DNA of 63,371 nucleotides, counting the filler, from Ministeria vibrans ATCC 50519 (taxonomy: Eukaryota > Protista > Filasterea): the NCBI GenBank assembly GCA_943704425.1. It is 4 parts of 4 records of this genome, joined end to end, with 100 filler letters (N's around TTAATTAATTAA, not from the genome) between each part and the next. Parts side by side here need not be neighbours in the genome. Positions count along the whole stretch, not along the records: positions 1 to 26,787 come from CALSCP010002423.1; 3 more parts are not named here. The stretch is one strand, 5' to 3'. Every line of letters begins with the position of its first letter. Positions within the stretch are counted from its first letter, which is position 1. Position numbers and translations under genes: made by a program. Shown here piece after piece: positions 1 to 13,400 of this stretch. Below the pieces are notes generated by a model, which worked only from the letters and a program-made list of their open reading frames with translations, did no database searches and was not told the origin of the DNA.

Positions 1-42
<42 letters not shown>

Positions 43-94
43 TATCTCGTCCCTTTTGCACTAGCGAAGACGAACGCGCACACGCACGCCAACA

Positions 95-2950
95 ATGAGT
101 TTAAAGACCACGGAAGGCGATATACTGACTCTCAAGAGCATGACGGCCACCGTCTTTCTGAATGAGACGTTGGCGCAAGTCACCCTTCAGCAAACATACA
201 ACAACAGTCTGGACAAGACGGTCAACTGCGTCTACAGGCTGCCTCTCGACAACAAGGCGGCTGTACAATGCATGTTGTGCAGTGCGGGTGGTCAGGAATT
301 TAAGGCAGTCCTCAAGGGGAACGAAGAGGCGCAGCAGATCTACCTGACGGCTGTCAGCCAAGGCGACACCGCTGTGTACGCACGCAAACAAGAAGACGAC
401 ATTTTCGTCGTCATGGTTGGCGGTATCGTGAAGGACCAGGAGGTATCGGTCAAGGTTGTTTACTCGACACCGGTTCAGCTCACCGGCCGCTCCGTGCGAT
501 TTTTCCTGCCCACCACCATTGGGCCACGCTACACACTTGCCGCCAAGCAGAACATGCACGTGCCCGAGGCGTACTCCAGCGGCAGCCACTACAAGCTTAA
601 CTTTGTCATGCAGTGCTACATGTCCTCGCCCATTGTTAAAGTCATGTCGCGCTCCCACGGTGCGCACATGGAAGCCACCATGTCCGGCACGCGCGCGCTG
701 GTGGTAGCCTCCGAGCTCGATATGGACCGTGACCTGTACATCTTGGTGGAGACGGCCAAGCCCGATATGATGAACGTGCAAAAGGGCTATCTTTCGAGCA
801 TTGACAGCTACGCTATCCAGCTTGCCGTCACACCTCAGTTTAATGTATCCGAGCGTGCGTGCGAAGTCATCTTCATCGTCGATCGCTCCGGCTCGATGAT
901 GGGCGCCCAAATGATCCAGGCACAAAAGGCGTTGCATCTGTTTTTGCGCTCTTTGCCGGTGGGCAGCTACTTTAACATCATCGGCTTTGGCTCGCACCAT
1001 CGGCAGCTCTTTCCCAATGGCTCGGTCGCCTACACTGACGAGACTCTGCGCATTGCCACCGAGCACGTCGACACGATGCGTGCCGACCTGGGCGGCACCG
1101 AGATCCTCGAGCCGCTCAAGAAGGCCTTTTCAGCGCCGCGCGTTGGCGAGCTCCACCGCGTCGTATTCCTCCTTACCGACGGCCAAGTGGCCAACACGCG
1201 CGAGGTGCTGCGCTACGTGGGCATCACCTGCGGCGATGGCTCGATCAACACAGCCTTTGCCATGGGCGTGGGCATGTCACCATCACATCAACTCGTCGAG
1301 GGTATCGCACGCGAGGGCAGTGGCACAGCCGCATTTGTGACAAGCACCGACCAGGCCGAGTTGAGCGTGGCGGTTATTGAACAGCTGCGCCACGCAACAC
1401 AATATGCGCTAACTAATCTCGTGATTACGTGGCACTACGAAGACGACTTTAGTGACAAGGGTGCTAATAGCAATAGCAACGATGGCAGCGTGAAGCCGGT
1501 CAGCTACTACAGCGACGGTGCGAGTGCCATGGACACGGCCAGCGACGCATTGAGTAGCACTTCGATTGTCTCGACAACACAGGCTATTGCGAGAACCTGG
1601 GGTGCCCCCTTTAATCCGCCGGCGCGCCTCTACAGCGGCGAGCGCGAACACTTCTACTGTGTCTTGGGTAGTGGACAGAAGCCCCCGCGATGGGTCGAGC
1701 TACGTGCCCAGATGCCCACGGGCGAGATCCGCCACAAAGTTGAGGTGCCTAGCGACATCACCGTCAAAAATGATCTGGTGCATGCCATGGCGGCGCGCCG
1801 ACTCATCAGCGAGCTGGAGGACCCCGAGGCGTGCAGGAAGACCATGGGCAAGAACTGGACGATGCCAAGTGTTGCTCCCACCCCAAGCGACATCAAGAGG
1901 GCCATTATTGCAACCAGTACCACATTGCAAGTGCCCAGCAAGCACACTAGTCTCGTTGCAGTGCTGGAGCGCACGAATGCCGAGCGCCAAGACGCGCTTG
2001 CGGCCGACAGAGCCTCTATTGTCATTCCATCCATGGTCTCCCCGCAGCAGCCTGTCCATGCGTCTGTGCACTTGCCCGTATCCGCTGTGTCGCATTCTAA
2101 CCTTGCGAGCGGGCCTTCGGGCGCTCAAGCAACGTCGATGGGCTCCAGACCAGTGGGAATGGGCGCACGCCCAACTGCCATGGGCGCACGCCCAACTGCC
2201 ATGGGTGCTCGACCAACTGCAATGGGTGCTCGACCAACTGCAATGGGTGCTCGACCAACTGCAATGGGTGCTCGACCAACTGCAATGGGTGCTCGACCAA
2301 TGGGTATAGCGATGGGAGCAAAAAAACCCCGACTGGCCGGCGCAAGTGCGCGACCTCAAGCTATGGGCGCCAGTCCACGTGCCTTTCAGGCCATGGGAGC
2401 AACTCGAATGGCTGCGGCGCGTAGCATGGGCTCTGACGACGAGGACGAAGACGACGACGACGAAGAAGAAGACGACGACGTCGAGGAGGAAGACGATGAC
2501 GATGACGATGACGACGATGCCATGGACACCTCTGCTGACCTTACACCCTCACCCGCACCGGCGCCAGCTTCCGCCCCGTTCCCCGCACCAATCCTGCCAC
2601 CCTCGCGACCAGCACAGGCGGGACAGCAGGAGCTGTCGGCCCTTATTCGCGAGCAGAACATGGACGGCAGTTTTCGACCCTCATTGCAAATGTTCCGACT
2701 GTGTGGCGCATCGCCTGAGAAGCAAGAGCTTATTGCACGAGAAATATCGCAGTCGTCGGTCGTGCCGCCCACTGTGGACCCACGCACTCTCTCCGCTACG
2801 CTTGTTGCACTTGTGTTTATGGAAGAGTGCATGGAGGCATTGGAGGCGCAATGGCGACTTGTCGCCGCCAAGGCGCACAAGTGGTGTGGAAGCGTTGCGC
2901 CCAGCGGCACTGGTGAGCTGCTCGAGGCAGTGCGAGCAGTACTCTTTTGA
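95..2950 (+). CDS. VIT + von Willebrand factor A domain protein (VWA5A/BCSC1-like), intronless, 951 aa
   Basis: N-terminal VIT-like region (AQVTLQQTYNN..CVYRLPLD..AAV), vWA MIDAS motif DRSGSM, GGTEIL, LLTDGQV; C-terminal QNMDGSF..W.LVAAKA motif typical of the VWA5/PARP4 C-terminus. Confidence 0.85.
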   Translation: MSLKTTEGDILTLKSMTATVFLNETLAQVTLQQTYNNSLDKTVNCVYRLPLDNKAAVQCMLCSAGGQEFKAVLKGNEEAQQIYLTAVSQGDTAVYARKQEDDIFVVMVGGIVKDQEVSVKVVYSTPVQLTGRSVRFFLPTTIGPRYTLAAKQNMHVPEAYSSGSHYKLNFVMQCYMSSPIVKVMSRSHGAHMEATMSGTRALVVASELDMDRDLYILVETAKPDMMNVQKGYLSSIDSYAIQLAVTPQFNVSERACEVIFIVDRSGSMMGAQMIQAQKALHLFLRSLPVGSYFNIIGFGSHHRQLFPNGSVAYTDETLRIATEHVDTMRADLGGTEILEPLKKAFSAPRVGELHRVVFLLTDGQVANTREVLRYVGITCGDGSINTAFAMGVGMSPSHQLVEGIAREGSGTAAFVTSTDQAELSVAVIEQLRHATQYALTNLVITWHYEDDFSDKGANSNSNDGSVKPVSYYSDGASAMDTASDALSSTSIVSTTQAIARTWGAPFNPPARLYSGEREHFYCVLGSGQKPPRWVELRAQMPTGEIRHKVEVPSDITVKNDLVHAMAARRLISELEDPEACRKTMGKNWTMPSVAPTPSDIKRAIIATSTTLQVPSKHTSLVAVLERTNAERQDALAADRASIVIPSMVSPQQPVHASVHLPVSAVSHSNLASGPSGAQATSMGSRPVGMGARPTAMGARPTAMGARPTAMGARPTAMGARPTAMGARPTAMGARPMGIAMGAKKPRLAGASARPQAMGASPRAFQAMGATRMAAARSMGSDDEDEDDDDEEEDDDVEEEDDDDDDDDDAMDTSADLTPSPAPAPASAPFPAPILPPSRPAQAGQQELSALIREQNMDGSFRPSLQMFRLCGASPEKQELIAREISQSSVVPPTVDPRTLSATLVALVFMEECMEALEAQWRLVAAKAHKWCGSVAPSGTGELLEAVRAVLF
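2138..2300 (+). repeat. Coding 21-bp tandem repeat (MGARPTA x6 plus degenerate flanking copies)
   Basis: atgggcgcacgcccaactgcc x2, then atgggtgctcgaccaactgca x4, flanked by MGSRPVG and MGARPMG. Confidence 0.95.
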
Positions 2951-3049
2951 GTGCGTGCCACGGGCCGGGTTGCATTCGAGCGGATGAGGCAGTACGCGCA
3001 CTACTTTCTTTTGAGTGCGTACAACGCGTCGGGTTGCATTCGAGCGGAT
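2924..3049 (+). repeat. Imperfect ~62-64 bp tandem duplication spanning the VWA5-like stop codon
   Basis: gaggcagtgcgagcagtactcttttgagtgcgtgccacgggccgggttgcattcgagcggat followed by gaggcagtacgcgcactactttcttttgagtgcgtacaacgcgtcgggttgcattcgagcggat. Confidence 0.85.
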
Positions 3050-3298
3050 GGGGGTTTGTACTGCGTCAAGAGGAGAGCGAGCGAGGAGAGTGTCAAGAGG
3101 ATAGGGGGCGAGGAGAAGAGCGAGCGAGTGCGAGAGAGATACAGACAGAGACAGAGAGATTATTGCAGAGTATTATAAGACGTATTTATTCATGGAATCA
3201 CTTTTCAAGTTGTATTTTCAGTGAGAAATCGACATGAGGAACACCCTACAAGACGCAGGAGAGAGGCGGACGGATGAATATATATATATATATATATA

Positions 3299-3321
3299 TG
3301 TCTCTTATACACAAGATGTGT
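3299..3321. other. Nextera/Tn5 mosaic-end (mate-pair junction adapter) remnant; assembly artefact
   Basis: tgtctcttatacaca-agatgtgt matches pieces of CTGTCTCTTATACACATCT/AGATGTGTATAAGAGACAG and abuts an N gap. Confidence 0.85.
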
Positions 3322-3460
3322 NNNNNNNNNNGAGGGGTCTCATTGGCGTAACCGACAGCTAGCACGTCAGTGACCTGAGTAGAGATGAGGGTGAGTGCGT
3401 GTGTGTGTGAGTGTGTAAGTTTGCTTTTTTTTTTGGATTGTATGTGCATGTGTTGCTGAC

Positions 3461-4699
<1,239 letters not shown>

Positions 4700-4906
4700 A
4701 CTAGGGATGACTAGGATGACTAAAGATAGCCAGATATTAAAGTAATGATCAACAAAATAATCAGTTTCCGTTTTCAAATTTTATTAACAAAAAGAATTCC
4801 GCCATTTCTAAGTAGCCGATTATTAATTTACTATAACACATAGAGAGACTAATACGCAACCGATACAATTATCATACAAATTAGACGATAGGGCGTGCGA
4901 TTGAAT

Positions 4907-7369
4907 ATGGAGACGTTTGTTCTTGTCCTTCTCTCTGCGGGACTGTGCCTGGCAGCCAACGACATTGTGTGGACGACGCCCGTTGAGAACGAGCTGGGGG
5001 CCGTCCCGCTGGGCAATGGGGTTGTTGCGACGAGCGTGTGGGCTGCAAAAGCGAATTCATCGTCGTCGGATGTGTCCCAACTTGTCATGTATCTCTCGAG
5101 GAACGACGCGTACGACGAGACGGGCTCGTTTCTCAAGCTGGGACGGCTCCGGCTCACTTTTCCACGCTCGTCGGCGCCCTTTCGTCAGGTCCACTCGATA
5201 GAGGAGGTACGCCGGAGAAAATGCACAATGTAAACAACACACGCAATAACACCCGTTCTGGTGTGCGCAGGCGTCGGTGCGGGTGACCACGGGCGCATGG
5301 AGTGCTCTGGTGTGGGTGGACGCCAATGCAGATGTGGTCCGCATCAACTACAACACATCGGTGACGGAGCAGCCCGTCACGGCTACATTGGAGTTGTGGC
5401 GAGAAGACCAGGACCAGACACTTCACTCGCTCGGACTGCTCATTGGCGGCCAGAACTGCCGCGACCGTCCCATTTCGTTGGACCGACGGTTTTCCCATGA
5501 AGATGGTGCAATTGGGTTCTCACGTCGCAACTACGAGGCGAGCGACACGCACTGCGTTGACGGCTACCAGGCACACTATGCAGCCATTGGATGCAACCCG
5601 GACGGGCCCGACTGCCACCAGCTGTCCGAAATGACGGTACGGGACACGCAGTCTCCTACTTTCCTTCAAGAAATATATATAATATTATATATATATATAT
5701 ATTATATAATATAATTATATAATTATATAAAAGGCATTGATATTTCATTGATGTGTCTTTTTTCTTGCAGTGCAAGAGCGCCTTAACGTGTGTGTCGGAG
5801 GCGGCCCAAGCGTGTTCGAGCAATGCGTCGTGTGCTGCCTTTGCGGTGAGTACCGACGCCGTGTCGGGCGGTACACGCGTTGAGATGTACAGCAGTGCGG
5901 TGCGCATTGCCCACAATCACGCATGGGACACGTATGTGAAGCAGAGTGGCGCGCGTGCGTGTCGTCCATCATTTTTTGAGGATACGCTTGCACGACAGAA
6001 CATTACGTTGAGCGCACAAGAGCGGCACGATTGGGATCCCTTCCGAAATGTCAGCATGGGTGTGGTGGTGACAGGTGCGGGGGGCACGCCAGCATGGACG
6101 GTGCGTGACAAGACAACGCTGGAGTTGGCGGGGGCGGCGCAGGGAGCTCTTTCTGTGCACGTGAGCACTCGCGTCGCTGCGTCCACGGATCAGTTTGTCA
6201 GTGAGCTGAAGCATACTGTGGCGTCGGATGCGCGTGTACCCCTTGAGGAGCGCTGGCATGCTCATCTACAGCACTGGAGTGACTTTTGGCGGCGATCGCA
6301 CATTGCGGTGACCTCGTCGTCGGACTCGGCTGCGGCCGCACAGGTGTCGCAGGCGTACGCGCACATTCGCTTTTTACATGCAATCCAGGGCAAGGGGGGC
6401 CTTAACGCCTACCCTATCAAGTTTAACGGCATGCAGTTTACGGCCAACACGACGGGCCGCGGTGTGCTACCTGGCGTCAACCCAGACGCGGCCCGACAGT
6501 GGGGCGGGCTCTTCTGGCACCAGAACACCCGCTGGCCCTATCATTCGATGAGTGTCGCGGGCGACTCAGACCTACTCGACACCTGGTTTCGCTTCTACGC
6601 GCGCATCCGCCCTTTGAACGAACGTCAGGCACAGCTGCAGTATGGCATTGCGAACGGCGCATACTACAAGGTACAACACGTCAGTCGTGGTCTAATCTCA
6701 CTGAGTTTGATGCAGGAGACTATGACGCATTTTGGGACATACGGACCGGCCGAGTACGGCTGGGGATGTCCGACCTCACAGTCGCCGTGGCACACTGACT
6801 ATGCGACCAATCCTTATGTGCGATTCCACTGGCAGGGTACTGTTTATTATTTGTATTGTGTTTAATGTGTTGTCACTCTGGGGGGGTTTTTTCACACAAA
6901 CTTAAATAGGTGGCATTGAAATGATTCTGTTGATGCTGGACGACTATGAGACGACTGGCAGTCCGAAGACGCTTGAGCAGCATCTTTTGCCCTTTGCGAC
7001 GTCGGCGCTGCACTTTTACGCCATGCGCTTCCCTCATATGCTCTTGTCGCCGACACAAGCTTTGGAGACGTGGCAATGCCCGAACCCCAGCGAGCACAGT
7101 CAGTGTGTGGTCAACGACACACCCACCCTTGCCGGGCTCGCCCATGTCTTGCCGCGTATGCTGGTACTGCCGCTCAATGCGACCTGGGAGCACGCGCGCA
7201 CAGAGTGGCAGCAGATGCTGGTCGACCTGCCTGCGCTGCCTATTACCGACAGCCCCACAGGCGCGACCATGGCTCCAGCGCAGGCCACGGACGGCAAGAC
7301 CAGCAATGTTGAAAATGCCGAGGTACGGCCAAAAAAAAAACAAAATTTATATTAATATTATTATTATTA

Positions 7370-7446
<77 letters not shown>

Positions 7447-8046
7447 TTGTAGCTGTACTTTGTTCATCCGTATCGGCTTGTGACATCATCTCATGGCAAC
7501 GCAAGCGCACTGGCTATGGCCCAGCGCACCTACGCACAACGTCGCTTCAAGTGCAGCCAGGGCTGGTGCCAAGATGGTCCTGAGTCGGCACTGCTAGGCG
7601 ATGCAGTGGGTGCGCGTGCCGACATGCTCAAGCGACTCGCCGTCAAGCCTCCCGGTGGCTTCTGGCGCTACCCTGTGTTCCTTGGTCCCGCGCAGAACAC
7701 CATGCCGGATGGGTAAGACGACGATCAATCTCATTGATGATGGATCTCCGATGGATCATGAGCAGAATTAACTCCCCCTGTCTTTCTGGGTAGCGACACG
7801 ATTTCGGTGCTGAAAGCGACACTACAGCTGATGCTGGTACAGCCGCTAGACGATGCAGACGGGTCGGTGGTCCTGTTTGCTGCGTGGCCACGCGACTGGG
7901 ACGTTGACTTTGACGTGCGGGCGCCCCGGGGCACGCGCATCCGTGGAACGTGTCGCAACAACACGCTGGGTGCGCTGACGGTCGAGCCCAGTGAGCGCAC
8001 GCGCTTTGTGCATTTCACGGAGGGAGTGTGTGACAGGACGAAGTGA
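4907..8046 (+). CDS. Secreted GH95-like / DUF5703-family glycoside hydrolase, multi-exon
   Basis: Signal peptide METFVLVLLSAGLCLAA; motifs DIVWTTP..AVPLGNG, LKLGRLRL, HWSDFWRRSHI, YPIKFNG, RQWGGLFWHQNTRWPY, ETMTHFG, SPTQALETWQ, NVENAELYFVHPYRL, GWCQD, LQLMLVQ, LFAAWPRDWDVDF. Confidence 0.8.
7350..7447. repeat. (ATT)n microsatellite in an intron
   Basis: About 30 ATT units between a GT donor near 7323 and an AG acceptor near 7452. Confidence 0.9.
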
Positions 8047-8126
8047 CCGAAACTGCAAATAGTAATAATGGAATAATTCTAATAGAATGAAAGCTGTTAC
8101 AATAAAAGGTACAGATGACTCGCCCT

Positions 8127-9838
8127 TCACGGCAGGTACTCGATGTGATGCTCCTCTGAAAAGACGGGAACAGGGTTGGGTTGAGCTGCGCCGGCAGCTG
8201 CACGGCGACGACGGCTGGCGTTGAGCTGCCTGGCACTGCGATGCTTCTGCTTGGCGTACTTGCCCAGGTAGTAGAAAGGGGCGCCAAGAACAATGGCGGT
8301 GGCGAAAGTGGCGGCGGCAGGGACGACGACGGCTGCGGCCACGACGTTGAAGGAGACACGCACGGTCACGCGTGTGACGGGCGCGTTAGGCATAAAGTTG
8401 TGTTTGCAACCGGCGAGGGACAGCTTGGATGTGTGTTTGCCGAGGACGCCGAGGTTGAGACGACGGTCGCCGCATGCGTAGCACCAGTTGCAGCCACAGC
8501 GACACGTCATGTGGTTGCAGCCCGAAGTGCGCTGGACGGGAGTGCGGCACTTGGGGCAGAAGTGGGCGCCGTTGGACTTCATCCAGTCGCGCAATGCACG
8601 CGAGCCTTTGCCAAAGGCACGGCACGAGATGCCTTGATGCGAGGGAGCGGAGCAGGTAAAGCAGAAGCGAAAGGCACATTCGGTGCAATTGGTGCAAAGG
8701 CCGCCGGACGAGGAGGTGTTGCGTCCCGTTGTCTTTCGCATCACGTCAAGTTGTTCGTCGGTGCGGTGTTGAGGTGCCTTGCACGAGGGACACGTGGTGA
8801 CGGAGGGATCGACGGACGCCTCGGCTATGTGCTGTTCGAGCAGTCGCCGGAGCTCACCGTCGGAGTCCTCACCCGACGCGGCTAGCAGTCGAAAGACGTC
8901 GCCGTGCGCAAAGAATCCATTGTTGCAGTCGGTGCCCATGCAGGGAAAGGTGATGAGGTTGTCGCGAATGCGAGTGGAGAAATAGGCGACGCAGCAAGCG
9001 GGGCAGGCGAGGTGGGAGCAGGCGGTGCCGCGTGAACAGTGAACGCCCACTTTCGAGTCGGTGTCGTCGAGGCAGACGGTGCACAGCACGGGGACGGTTG
9101 GGTCTTCGTCGAGGGTGACCGAGAAGAGGCGCGCGCGACGACGTGCCGCTCGTCCGCGGTCGCGGCTCATCGAGATGGAGAAGCGCCGCGCCAGCAATTG
9201 GCGCGGTTCTTCAAGTCCATCCATTGTAATAGAGCCGTCAGTGAGGAGCGGGAACGGTGGCGGCGAAGGCGGAGGCGGAGGCGGAGGCGGAACGAACGAA
9301 ACAGGTTGGCGCTCGTCCTCCTTGCTGTCCTGCGCTGTATCGAGGTCCATCTGGCGCGCCACGGACGCCATGTACTCATAGATGGCCCAGGGTGCTGCTT
9401 CGCATTTGACAACGTCGCGGTCCTACGCACAGTCACGAGGGTCACTTCAAGTTCACCACTCAACCACAACCAACAATTAGAATCGACCAAAAATAAAAAA
9501 GAAATTACCAGCGTTGATGTGCTGGAGTTCAGGGAGTCGACGGAGAGGGAATCTTCGGTGGAGACAATGCTGCTGCAGCGTCGGACGGTGCTGCACGGGG
9601 AGACGAGGGGCACGGAGCAGCGGCGGAGGGCGTGCGGCGTGGCGGTCGACGAGCGCCGCTTGGGTGCGCCAAGACAGTCCTTCTCGAGGGCCGCGACGAA
9701 GGCCGCGCTGCTCAGCAGGTTGCCGCACGAGTGGGATCGTGCAGGCGGGCTCGTCGGGGAGTTGCCCGCGTAGCCGCTATCGTCGCCTGCTTGGCTGAGA
9801 TCGACGACGGACGAGGGGCGGCGCGACAGGGCGAGCAT
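8127..9838 (-). CDS. RBR (RING-IBR-RING) E3 ubiquitin ligase with C-terminal hydrophobic anchor, RNF217/RNF144-like; 2 exons (9838-9509, 9422-8127)
   Basis: RING1 CTVC..CSHLACPACC..CMGTDC; IBR CPSC..CTECAFRFCFTC..H; RING2 CPKCRTPVQRTSGCNHMTCRCGCNWCYAC; TM-like VVAAAVVVPAAATFATAIVLGAPFYY. A phase-0 GT-AG intron (9508-9423) joins the upstream ORF in frame. Confidence 0.88.
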
Positions 9839-10476
9839 GGCGGGGGTTGGGGCAGACGGACGCGCTGGGAGACAGACGGAGGCGCGGGGCTCGCGGGCAG
9901 ACTCGGAAGATGTCAGACGCGATGGAAAATCAGTCCAAAAGACGAGGCAGGAGAGGGACAGAGAGAGACAGAGAGAGCGCAGAATAAAAATGAATAATAA
10001 TAAATGAAAAATAATTATTGGTGCTTTCTTTGGTCGATTGTGAATGGTCGACCGAAACGGAAAATCAGCGTCGTCGGCCAGCGCTGGCGGTGAAAGTGGT
10101 TGAGGCCGTAGTGCAAGAGATGTGCAACAGGGGCCATGCAAGATCTGCGCTGAACCGGGTGCTGGTAGAGGAGAGCCAGACCCTTTTCCAATACGATCCA
10201 AGATCGCCTTTTTGTTTTGTGAACTTGCAAATGTATTCCACATGGATAGTGCATGATAGCGTGCGCATATAAATACCTGAATACAGTATACACGGTGACC
10301 GCCCGTCTGTCGCCTGACAGGTCAGCGGTGACTTCTTTTCGACCTTCAAACGACTTTGGACTTTTACTATAATACTTCTCTTCCTCTCTTATTTTCAAAT
10401 TTTCAACTACTTCAGTATCAATATTCATTAATCAAATTTTATTCACTATACTCCCACGTTCTACAGTCTGTACCAA

Positions 10477-13400
10477 ATGCCGCCTCGTACAGATAAAAAA
10501 CGCAGCGCGATTGTGGCTGTGTTCTCGCGACACCAAGAGGACGAGCTGATCACCCTCTGTCAGCGTCACGTACGATGTTTTGCACTCTCGCCTGTCGCTC
10601 TCCACCTGTGCCTCCTATGCGACACATTCTTACGCCCGCGCAGCACCGTTTGGTGTCTTTGTTTCCCCTCATCTGAACCTCCGTTTTGAACATGGGACTC
10701 TTTTGCATTTTTTCAAAATTTTGAATTTTTTTTTTGAAAAACCACATTCTGTGTAGACGACGCGCACGAACGATTTTCACTTTGGCGAGTTCATTGAGAC
10801 ACTCCCACGGGCAACACAAGCGACGGTGTGGAAAGGATTGAGCGTCATTGTCGACGAGACGGCGCAGTCGCTGGCGTCGATCACGGACGCCGAACAAGCA
10901 GACCAACAGCACGACGAGAACGGCGAGCCCAGCTGCAACGACACCGACAACATGTGCGAGGTGCTGCGCTCCGCCTCTGTCTTGTTGCTTGCAGTGCTTC
11001 AGGTAGCCCATGGTGTAGATTGGATTGCATTTTCGCATTCATTGTTGTTGCTGTTGTATTTTTTGAAAACCGTCGTCGTATTGATACGATACTGTATTGT
11101 GTTGTAGCGCAACATTGCGGGCATTGCAACGCCGGAGCTGTTTATGACCATGTCGGCGCTGCACGACGCCGTGACAACATTGCCGGATGACGCTCTTGCG
11201 GTGCAAGATCAGATGTCGCGCGTGTTTGAGACGTGGTGGGCGCAAGAGCTGCCGGATCGTGAAGAGCTCATGGGCAGTGCAGTGGGACACCTGCTGTTGT
11301 GGGTGACGCGTGAGCAGGCCACTGTGGCCGACATCAAGCGACTGCTGGCCGTGCGTTCGTTCTTCGAGGGTGTCGATTGGGACGACAAGGACACCGAGGC
11401 GTTCCGCACCCTCGCGTTGCGTACGGCCATTTCGCCGCTGTTTGCTCAGTGCGACGAGGGCCGACGCTTTGTGGCCATGCTCATGGGATTGGCGCCGTCC
11501 ATGACGGACGCAGTGCACGCAGTGATCAAAAACCAGATTCCAGCGGCGTCCCGTTCGCTTCTTGAGGCCTTTGGTGACATGTATTTCCGCGCGTGGCGCA
11601 CCGCCAACGCCGAGGGTGCGACTCACGCGGCGACTGTGTTGCGCATCGAGTGCGGTTGTCTGCAGGATCTTATGTACCACGCGCTACATGCACGTCGCTC
11701 CGGTTCCAAGCGGCCCATGGCCACACAATTGTTCACCATTCTCGAGACGTTTCACCAGCAAAAGCGCGTCAAGGGTGTCGACGAAATGCTCTTCCGTCTG
11801 TACGACCCGATCCTGTGGCGCGCATTGGGAGCGGCCAATGCCGACGTGCGCACCAACGCGGCCACCGTCTTCTTTGCAGCTTTTCCACTGCAGGACCCCG
11901 ACAACCACGATGCGGCGTCGACCGACACGCTCATGCAGCGCCAGTTCAATGTGCTCGGGCGTCTGCTCAAAGACGTGTGTCCAGCGGTGCGCGCCATTGC
12001 TGTTCAGGGCACCTGTCGCCTTCTCTCTGCCTACTGGGAGCTCATTCCGGCACACGTTTCGGCGACGCTCATTGAGACCCTGGCGCGTGACATCAGCCAG
12101 GATGCCACAAGTGCAACTGTGCGTGCGCAGGTCATTGTGGGTCTGCGCTTCCTGCTCGACAACCACCTGGCACAAGTGGTCCTTGCGCGCTTCTTGCCTC
12201 TCTTGCGCCCTGCTATGCACGACAGTAGCGAACGCGTACGCTCGGCCCTTGTCGACCTCCTCGACGCCGTCAAGAAGATTCGTGCCCTGCGCTTCTGGGA
12301 CATTGTGCCTGTGCCGCATCTACTCGCGCGCCTCGAGTGTGACTCGCCTGCCGTTGCCCTGCGCATCACGACACTTCTACAAAACTCGTACTTTCCTCTC
12401 GACAAGTCGGTCGACGTGCAGCTTACGCGCTGTGTGACCCTGGCGCACGACAATGCCGCAGCTGCGCGTCGCTTCTACTGTCTCCTGCCCCGTGTGGTCC
12501 CCACAGCAACCCTCGTGCCCTTTGTCACAACCGCGCTTAGTGCCGCCAGTGACACCATTGACGTGGTTCTGAGCGACGACGATGACGCAGAGGAGGAGGA
12601 TGGAGAGGAGGAGAGCAGCAGCGGCGTCAACAGCAAAGAGGCCATGATTGAGCGCGTGTGTGCTCACCTGGAGGCATCTGCAGTGGTGGTTGCAGCCACC
12701 CGCAGTGCTCTGGAGATGGTGCGTCACAAGGATCTGAAGAAGGAACTTTGTGATGTGTTGAATACGGCTGTGAGTACGCTCCTTCCACGCGTGCAAGCGG
12801 CCAATGCAAGCGCAACACGCAGCACGACTACCGACTGGTCGTCATGGAGCACTGTGTGGAGCGCGCTGCTGTCGCTTGCGCGCGCCATTGAGTCGCCTTC
12901 GCGCCGTCTTGTCTCACTTGTGGTCGACTCCCTTGATACCATTGACGAGAGCCACACAACAATGACTGCCATGGGTGGTGCCTGTGCGCCTCTCGTCGCG
13001 TGCCTGTGCGCCTGGGGCAAGGCAGCCGAGCTGACAGAGCGCATGGCCGATTGGCTGACGGGCGTCGCCGATGAGGCTTTTCCCAGCAGCGAAGAGGACA
13101 GCAACAGCAGTCGTGAAGAGGAGGATGTCGACAACGACAGTATCGATGAGAGTGATGAGAATGGCAATGAAAAGCGTGTGCGTGTGGACAAGGAGAACGG
13201 ACGGCGCGCGAACAAGAAGGGCACACAGGGTGTGCGACGCAAGCGCAATGCTAACAGTACATCATCGACGGGCGTGGTACAGCAGCGACCTCAGCTGGCA
13301 CTGGCGGTGCTGGAGCAGGCGATGCGTGACGAGGACACGCGGGGTGTGGTGCTGGCGTCGATTGAGCCGGTGCTGGTGGTGCTGCGCCAGGCGGTGGACA

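Noticed and set aside
3299-3321. Tn5 end as a real transposon
   Set aside because: It is the synthetic mosaic end in mate-pair junction arrangement; no transposase nearby.
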